Assembly (NCBI GenBank): GCA_004431415.1
Contig: QPMI01000361.1
Location: 1-42,348, forward strand
Length of the DNA: 42,348 nt
Origin: Cyanophora paradoxa CCMP329
Lineage: Eukaryota; Plantae; Glaucophyta
Reading direction: 5' to 3'
Below, piece by piece: positions 34,625 to 42,348 of the stretch (position 1 is its first letter; the number at the start of each line of letters is the position of its first letter). The notes beneath the pieces are model-generated. The model was not told where the DNA came from and made no database searches. It saw nothing but the letters and a program-made list of their open reading frames with translations. A program made the position numbers and the translations under genes.

Positions 34625-35704
34625 CTCAGGAGTCAGGACTAGATCAGGAGCCAGGAGTCAGGAGTCAGGACTCAGGAGTCAGGACTCGAGCTCAGGCCCC
34701 AGGGGTCAGCCTGGCAGGAGCTGGCCTAGCTGGCGGCTGCTGCTGGCCCAGGCTGAGGGGCCGCGCGCGCCCCCGTCGCCGGGCCGTCGGGACTCGGGAG
34801 TCGGGACTCGGGAGTCGGACCCCCAGGCGCCGGCATATGCATGCGCAGGCAGCGCAGTTACGCCGTTAGTACTGTAGAATGCAAAACTTAATTAGTCTGA
34901 AATATTTATTAGTCCGGGGTTTTGGCCGCTTTATTACCAAGTAAATATTTATCACTTGGCGCTGAGAGCTTTATTAGCGGCCTTTAGCAGGGGGTGCCCC
35001 CCGCCCCCAAACCCCCCACGGCCCACCGTGGCACGGGCCACGCACATACACTGCGCTCAAAGAAGCTTAAGCGCGGAGAAGAAGGGCGCCGACGAGCTTA
35101 AAGGGTGTACCCCCTCTTCGATTCGCAGCACTACTTAATTTATTACTCTAAAATCTTTATTAGAGCGGCCTTGCAACTTTAGTAATAACATATATATATC
35201 AATAGCGAAATGTCGTACTTGTACGTCGGACCGTGCACGTGTTCGAATTCGGTACTTTCTGCGAACCGACAGCTCTGTCCACTGTCCACTGCAGCTGTCC
35301 AGAGTCCAGACTCACAGTTCAGTGTCCACCTGGCACGCGCGAAGCTAATCATCATGCATATGAATCCTGATATGATTCAATGATTGGTGACTTGAGTTTC
35401 GGCCGACGCGTATACGTAGTACTAGTACTACGGTAGTACTAGTAGTCGCGTTACTCGCGTTACTAAGTTACTAGTACTGGAGTCGCGTACGGTCCACGGA
35501 ACTTCGGAACTTGGGTGACCGACGCACCGACTCTCTCAGTGACGTCGACCGTCGGAGACGGTCGGACCGTCGGGAGTCCGACGGTCCGACGGTCGGGACT
35601 CGGGACTCGGGAGTCGGCCCGGGGACTCGGGACTCGGGAGTCGGGACTCGGGACTCGGGAGTCGGGAGTCGGGACTCAAGAGTCGACGTCGGGACTCGGG
35701 ACTC
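34625..35704. repeat. Heptamer arrays built on GA(C/G)TC: AGGA(C/G)TC at 34625-34690, GGGA(C/G)TC at 34789-34816 and 35595-35704
   Basis: Seen directly; embedded in palindrome-rich DNA. Confidence 0.85.
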
Positions 35705-36575
35705 AGAGAGTCAGAGTCACTCAGTTAACGTTAACGTTACTACCGTAGTACTGATACTACGGTACTGAACGTTACAGACTCTGAGACAGTAACAGACTCC
35801 GAGACTCACTGTAAGTTCACAGTCTAAGTGATCATGACTCAGTGACGGCCGCGGAAGCTGCTTTTGCAATGCCATCATTAATATTGTCATGCATGATGCA
35901 TGATGCTCAGGCGGCTACTCACAGACTGAGAGTCACAGTAACTCACTGATGAGTCACTGACTCATTATTGACGAGGTCGCGAACAGATTGATATCCGATC
36001 GCGCCGGTCCGCGCAAACAGCAGACCGTGATTCGCGATTCGCGCGCGCCGATTCGCGCCTCATTGGGACGTGCCGCGGTGCAAAATTCACTACAATTCAC
36101 TGCAAAAATTCACTGAGAATCATATATATTATTATATAATTATGTATGCGCATACAGTACTGCTTAATTTGCGTTATTTACTTTTTTTGGTGAATTACTG
36201 GCCACATGGGGGGCTGCGCAGGGGGCATAGAGACAAATTAAAAAGCAAAATAACTAAGACAAGATCTAGAGCACGAAGAAAGATAAGACAAAGAGCCAAA
36301 GTCGACAATTGCAATAAAAGAGGAAAGGCACACAGAGGCAGATCGAAAAGAGACGAGAATTCGAAGCGAACCAAACCGAGCAGATCGATATCTAGGGAGT
36401 CCGACGGTCGTAGCAGGGACAGCGCATGCGCATGCATATGCATGCATGCGCAAGCGCAGCTACTAATTATATTTATAACGGCGCCATTACAATTACAGTT
36501 ATTACCTCGTTTTATTCCTCGTTTTACAGTAATTGGTTACTAGTCATTTTCTGGTTATTACAGTAGTCATTACTC

Positions 36576-36740
36576 AACTTTTCAACTTTTCCAAGTTGGC
36601 AAAGTGGACCGTCGACCTTTTCAACTTTTCCAAGTTGGCAAAGTGTCCCGGCCGGGCCGGCCCCCATGAGCCGGCGGCTCTGATCAACTTTGTCATCACT
36701 CAGTGACTTAATTTATCAACTTTGGCAACTTTTGTCCCGG
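36576..36740. repeat. CAACTTT-based direct repeat cluster
   Basis: CTTTTCAACTTTT(T)CCAAGTTGGCAAAGTG twice (36578-36645) plus ATCAACTTTG variants at 36703-36735. Confidence 0.75.
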
Positions 36741-37272
36741 CCCCCGGGCCGCGCGCGGGCCGCCGCGGCTGCATCAGCCTGCATGCGGGCCGCGCGCCCG
36801 GCGCCGACGTCGACTCGGCGGCGGAGTCGGCGCCGACTCGGCGCCGAGTCGCCGCCGACTCGGCGGTAGGGTTGCCGCTTACACTTACACTCCCCTCACA
36901 TAAGTCACTTAACTAGTACCTACCCCCCTACAACATGTCGAAAACGACCTAATTCGACCCAAAACCGACCCAAAAACGATGTAACAGGAATTTTCGCGCT
37001 TTTCTGTCAGTTATCTCGTCTGGAATTAATATTGAGGCATCGGAGTCTGTAAGGGGGTCTCATGGTTCATGGGGTCATGCTTTCGAGGGTCTCGAACTGC
37101 TCTAACTTCGGACCAGCGTTGTTACATCGAATGCACAGGTTGAGGTCAGAGACGATCTTTCCTGCAGATTCAAAGCTGTTTCGTCGCTCTCCTACCCCGA
37201 CTTACGGCCCACTTGAAACCCGTGAAACGCACTCTTATCCGCGAAACTTTTATCCGGGGTTTCGCGGGGTTC

Positions 37273-37571
37273 AGATCTCCGGTCCGCGTTTCCCATGATA
37301 AGTGTTCGAATTGTTTTCGTGATCACAGATTCCTGAGCGTGTGTATAGTTCAGAGCAATATAGCTAGCTCTAGCTGTCTCTATGTTGAAGGTCGATCTAG
37401 CCCTATAACTACCCCTGTCTCAGAGCTCAAAAATTCCGGATATCGATCCGCTAGCGCCCGCTCGCTTCAAGAGGGGCGCCGGGTGCCGAGGGCTGTGAGG
37501 AGGCGCCGCGCCTCGCGCTCGCCGGACTGCAGCGCCGCGTGCGTCGTGCCCTGCCGCACCCCGCCCCGCCC
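37273..37571. repeat. Right (source) copy of the ~300 bp direct repeat: amine-oxidase last exon and 3' flank, including the empty retroelement target site
   Basis: Matches 23513-23625 plus 26193-26386. Confidence 0.9.
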
Positions 37572-40500
37572 CGCCCCGCCCCGTCAGCCCCAAAGGGCGC
37601 GCGCGATCGCGAGGCTATCTAGATCTAATTCTAGATCATACATAGGGCCGGGCGGGCGGGGGCGGACGAGGTTGGCGCAGTCGGTGTGCTCGCCGGCAAA
37701 CAGCAGGCGCCCCGCCGGCCGCGCGAGCTCCGCAAAGTCCTCGGCCCCGCACCCCGCCGGCACGTGCGTGTAGCTGCGCGGGGCGAGGCGGAGGGCGGAG
37801 GGCGGGGGGCGGGGGGCGGTGAGGTGAGGCGGGTCTGGGGGAGTGGAGCAGCGGATACATAAGAAACGTGGCAGCGTGCCTGCCGCAGGCTTCTCGAGCT
37901 CGTATTTATCTATCTTAGAAGCGCTCCTCTCTCAGGCCGAGCTCCTTATTTTGGAGCTCTTTATTCTAGGCAGGGGCCTAAGAAGGCGACGCGCCTGCCG
38001 CAGGCGAGGGGGTCGCTCTTCCAGCGCGTCACGGCCACCGCCACCGGGTCGGGCGCCTGCGCGGAAGAGGGGTCAGAGGAGGCCGGGGCCGGGCCGGGCG
38101 GCCGAGGCGGGCATACATATTGTCAACTAGCTGGATTTAATCGAAGTTAGAGCTCGAGGGGGCGCGCGGGGCGGGGCGGGGCGCACGTCGGGGCCGTAGA
38201 TGGTGCGGAGGACGCGCATCGCGAGGCCCGCCACCGTCGCGTCGTCGTGCATCTGCGAGGGGGGCGGCACGCGGCTCGTTTGTGTGGGCGGGAGAGGGGA
38301 CGGAGAGGGGTAAGAGGGTAGGAGTGGGGCGGGGGGGGGGGAGAGAGAGGGAATGGGGGGAGGGGAGTGGGGGTAGTAGTAGCTGTAGGCGTGGGAGATA
38401 CTTGAAATTAAAAAGGTGGCGAAGCTGGAGTAGGTGGGAGTACAAAAAGGAGTTGAAGGAAGAGTGGGAGGGGGGGGGGGCAGAGGGGGAGGGCAGGGGG
38501 TGCACCTCGAGGCTCTCGGCGAAGGCGCCCCAGTTGAAGGCCACCAGCACCGCCGCCCCGGGCACCACCTGCGCCCGCGCCGCGTTTGAGACTGGGCTGC
38601 TCAGCGGCTAAAGGAAACGCTATGAGACTAGACGCAGAGTTTGGGCTGCGAAGGGGAACGCTGAAGGGGGCGAGGGAGCGGGACCTTGTTGAAGCACAGG
38701 AAGGCCGAGAAGCGGCCGGGCTCCTCCCCGCAGTACGCTGCGCAGGCCCCTCGGCGTCGGCGCCGGCGCCGGGCGACGCGAGGGGCGGGACGGGCGGTAG
38801 GAAGGATGGGGCCTGGAATCTAGTTCGGTCCCTTGTCGCCGCCGATTGGATCCAGGCCCAGATTGGCGCGGGCCCAGAGGGCCCAGAGGGCCCTTTACGC
38901 CGAGTAAGAAGCCCAGAGGGGGGATCTGAATCCAGATCTAGATCGAGGCTCGATCTAGAAGGCAGAGGGAGTAGATCCAGATCTAGGTTGGCTCGGCCCC
39001 GCGCCGCCGGCTCCGGAGCCCGAGCTCTGGCTCGCGGCGCACAGAGCCATTCGGCGCGGGGGTCCCAGAAGACGCGGGGGAACGCCAGCGCCAGCTTGTC
39101 CAGCGTCCCTGCCGATAAACGTTACTGGGCGTCACCAGATGAGATAATAGTGCGCAAAGCGTTTGTAAATAGCGAGTCGATAAGCGAGTCGATAACGATA
39201 ATAATTTTTAGGGCGCCAAGTGTGGTCGAAGCTTGGCTGGTATCAAAAGCGGAGACTATCTACAGATAGAGAAAGATCTAGAGAGCGGATGGTACTAAAG
39301 GCGGACCGAAGCCGACGGCGGCGACGGCGCGGCGCTTGGGCGTTTATGAGCTCTTATAAAAGCGAAGTCGGTAGAGAATTCGATAACAAAAACAGATAAC
39401 AGAAACGGATTAAAAACCGGTATTCGAATTCGAAGATAGAGAAAGAGGGCGGACCGAAGCCGACGGCGGCGATGGCGCGGCGCTTGGCCTCGGGCAGGGG
39501 CGGCTCGAAGGCGACGCGGGCCTCCTTCAGCACACCCAGCGGCAGCGTGCACTGCAAGATCGAGTCAGAGCGAGGCAAAGGGCGCGCCAGAACTTGGAAC
39601 GCCGAGGGGCGTCGGGCGCGGGCGGGGCAGCGCATGTGCAAGGGGAGCGAGGCTAGCGCTCAAGTGAGGCTCGAGGGGTAGTCGGTTATCGGAGGAGGCC
39701 CAAGTGAGGCGACCGGATCCGGAGATCTAGAGTGCCGGAGGCATGCGCAGGGCGGGGCGGGGCGGGGCGCGCACGATGGCCCAGTCGCACTCGTACGCCT
39801 CGCCCGCCGCCGTCTCCACACACGCGCCGGCCTCCCCGTACCGTATCCTGCGAACGAAGCTCAGGTGAGCAGGAACGAAGCTCAGGTGATAGGCCGGGGC
39901 GGGGGCGGGGAGCCGGGATGGAAAGCGGCCACGCCGGAATCGAACCTGGAGACGGTGACGCCCAGTCGCACGTCCAGGCCCCTCGCCAGGCGCTCGACGA
40001 GCGCCCTGCAGCGAGGAGAGGTCGGAGGGAGGGGGTACATGCGCGGTCGATGGAGAAAGCCGGAGGGTCCGTACCCGTATCCCGAGGCGATGTAGGGGTG
40101 CTCCCCGCCCGTGTGCCCCGGCTGCAGCTTGTCCAGCTCGTACTGCGTACCCCGAGCCGACTTAGGAAAGCGGGGGTACAGGAAGGGGCAGCGGGGTACG
40201 GGCGCGCGTTAAGGGCCGAGAGGGACGGCAGGTCGGCCCCGTTGAAGCCCTGCGGGGCCGGGGCCGTCGGAGGGAGGAGAAGGGGTAGGGAGGCGTACCC
40301 CCCAGCCAAACGAAACGGTACCCCCCCGTGACGCGCACCTGGACGTGGTTGACTTCGAGCTGGACGACCTTTCGCTCGAGGGACGAGAGGCCGGCCGCCT
40401 CCACCGCCGCCGGGAGCGTCTCGGCGAGGCTCAGGCGCGCCCCGGCCTCGCCCATGCCTGCCTCTCGTTCGGGGGTACCGAGAAAGATCGCCGGGGAGGG

Positions 40501-41086
40501 AGTACGCGTACCCCTCACGCGCGCGTCGTGGCCGGCCAGGATCGCCTCCCACTTCGCGCGCGCCGCGACCTCGACCTGCGCATGCGGGCGGGCGGCTCAG
40601 ATCAGGATCGGCGGCGCGCGGCGCGGCGCGCGCTGGTCCGCGGCGCAGGCGCGCGCGCGCCTCGGGAGGGATGCAAGCGCCGTCCGCGTCGTACACAGCG
40701 CTCTCCTCCGGCGCCTCCTTCGAGTAGTGCAGCGTCGCGCCGGCCTCCTGTCAATCGGGGCGCTCATGATCAGTGAGGGCGAATACCGAAGGCGCGGGCT
40801 GGTCGTTCGAGAGACGCGCCTTTGCGAGCTGCACCATCGGGTTCCCTTCTTCGCCGTGGATCCAGCTGGCGCCGAGGTCGCAGGGCGCGGGCGCTCCGCC
40901 GGCGCCGGGGAGCGTGGCGGTCAGCACGCGGCCGCCGATGCGGTCGCGCGCCTCCAGAACGACCACGTCGTCCACCCCGGCGTCCCGCAGCCGCCGCGCC
41001 GCCGCGAGGCCCGAGAAGCCCGCGCCCACAACGACGACCGCGTGCCGCCGCCGCTGCGGGGGCTCCGCCGCCGCCGAACCGTTCAT
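37467..41086 (-). CDS. Flavin-containing amine oxidase (polyamine oxidase/LSD1-like family), multi-exon
   Basis: [40 protein letters not shown]; [27 protein letters not shown]|[14 protein letters not shown]; [16 protein letters not shown]; [14 protein letters not shown]. Confidence 0.92.
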
Positions 41087-41309
41087 AAGCGCTACAGCTG
41101 CGCGCCCGGCGCGCTTGCGGGTGCCCTCGCCGCTGTCCGCAATCGCGCTCCGCCGATCAAGTGCAGCGCGCGCGGCCCCTCTCGTGCGTGGGAGCTGGTG
41201 CTTCTCAGATAGTCACGGTAGCGCGCGATGACAGCGCTGGCCAAGGCAAACAAGCGCTGGCCGGGAAGTGACTAGATTCGCACTGTACCCGGGCCGGCGC
41301 GTCGCCAAC

Positions 41310-42348
41310 ATGGTGCGGCGCTCCCGGCCGCCCGGCGCACGCGGAGCCGCTCAAATCTTGCGAACAGGCGGCGTTCGAGGAGCTCGGGGTCATGCCGGAG
41401 ATCATCCGGGCCGTCGAGGAGATGGGCTGGATGTGAGGCGCCCCCGGCGGGCCCGATCGGCGCGCGCTCACACATTCGACACGCAGGCTGCCGACGCCCG
41501 TACAGGCCGAGGCCGTGCCGCTCATCCTCGGCGGAGGCGACGTCGCAGTGGTGCGCGGCTTCGTGTGAGTCGCCCGCGGCACCCTCCGACGCTCCGCGCG
41601 TCGCGTGCAGGCCGCAGAGACCGGCAGCGGGAAGACTGGCGTACGCAGAGTCCACTCTGGGCGCTCGGGCCTCAGCCGCTCACCCCGCGCTGCAGGCTTT
41701 CGCGCTCCCAATCCTGCAGGTCGTCCACGAGACGCTGCGCGAGGAGGCGATGTCCGGAGGAGCCTCTGGCTCGAAAGGAGGCGCCGCGACCGGTCCGCCC
41801 GCCCCTCGGCTGGCTTCTGCTTTCCGCCCCGCGCGCTGACCCGCGGCCCGCGCCCCCGCAGCCGCCGCGGAGCAGCAGATGGCACTGAACGTGGAGGATC
41901 GGGACCCGCAGATGGCGATCAGCGGGGACGGCCTCAGCTGCCAGTCCCGAGCCGAGAAGGCCTGGCAGGGCTGCCGCGCCAACTTCGGCGTCCGCGCCGG
42001 TGCGCCCCGTGGCGTACCCCCCGGGCGGCCGCGTACCCCTCCAACACCTCTTCGCGCAGGGAAGCATTACTACGAGGCTACCGTGATGGACGACGGCCTC
42101 TGCCGCGTCGGCTGGCGCGTACCCCCCTCATTGTGTTCGTGAATGCCGTACCCCCCGCCTGACACCGTACCCTCAGGTCCTCGGCGTCTGCGAGCAGGGA
42201 ACTGGGTACCGACAAGATGGGCTTCGGGTGCCGCGCCCGGCCCGCTTCGCCCACGGTACCCCCGTAGCCGACTCGGGTACCCCTCTCCCGCTCAGGTTCG
42301 GAGGGACGGGAAAGAAGAGCAACAACAAGCAGTTCGACACGTGCGTCC
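41310..42348 (+). CDS. DDX1: DEAD-box RNA helicase DDX1 with SPRY insertion, 5' part (runs off window)
   Basis: M|AAFEELGVMPEIIRAVEEMGW|LPTPVQAEAVPLILGGGDV..|AAETGSGKTG|AFALPILQVVHETL; SPRY region CQSRAEKAWQGCRA..GKHYYEATVMDDGLCRVGW..LGTDKMGFG|FGGTGKKS. First coding exon is the ATG alone. Confidence 0.95.

Noticed and set aside
35595-35704. GGGACTC array as CRISPR or telomeric repeat
   Set aside because: No unique spacers, eukaryotic context, internal location, and not a telomere motif I recognise.
35946-35978. CTGATGA-GTCA...TGAC as a hammerhead ribozyme core
   Set aside because: Stem II is followed by GAGG or TCAT rather than GAAA, and it lies in palindrome-rich DNA where such stems arise by chance.
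36867-36876. TAGGGTTGCC as a hAT-like terminal inverted repeat
   Set aside because: No matching GGCAACCCTA end, TSD or transposase found in the window.
37239-37272. CCGCGAAAC/GTTTCGCGG hairpin at the island's right edge as a Helitron 3' end
   Set aside because: Not followed by a CTRR terminus, and no matching 5' end or RepHel gene was identified.
47-42162. Most long Arg/Ala/Gly/Pro-rich ORFs in the six-frame track
   Set aside because: Shadow frames caused by high GC and few stop codons; recognisable motifs appear only after splicing.

Overview
GC-rich, intron-dense eukaryotic nuclear DNA with mostly 50-80 nt introns and frequent GC-AG donors. The style suggests an alga or protist such as the glaucophyte Cyanophora, but this is inference only. 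Most ORF-track entries are spurious GC-rich frames, so the genes below were assembled by manual splicing. Left to right: an NLP/NIT2-like transcription factor with an unusual GAF-cNMP-RWP-RK-polyQ-PB1-like architecture, Bax inhibitor-1, an LRR/coiled-coil/Sfi1-repeat protein, an unknown divergently oriented gene and a frameshifted F-box/LRR gene. An accessory zone (about 22.4-37.3 kb) follows, then a flavin amine oxidase and the 5' part of DDX1. The accessory zone holds a CACAG-ended MITE, a 2.55 kb A-tailed retroelement with a 15 bp TSD whose empty site is also in the window, and an ~11 kb island between ~300 bp direct repeats. The island encodes a single-pass adhesion-receptor-like protein: FN3 domains with nested LamG-like lectin domains, a (Ser-Pro)n stalk, an RRRL motif, a GPS-like HLT motif and one TM helix. 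Comparing paralogous copies also shows short fold-back palindromic insertions remodelling non-coding DNA, which could be biological or an assembly artefact.
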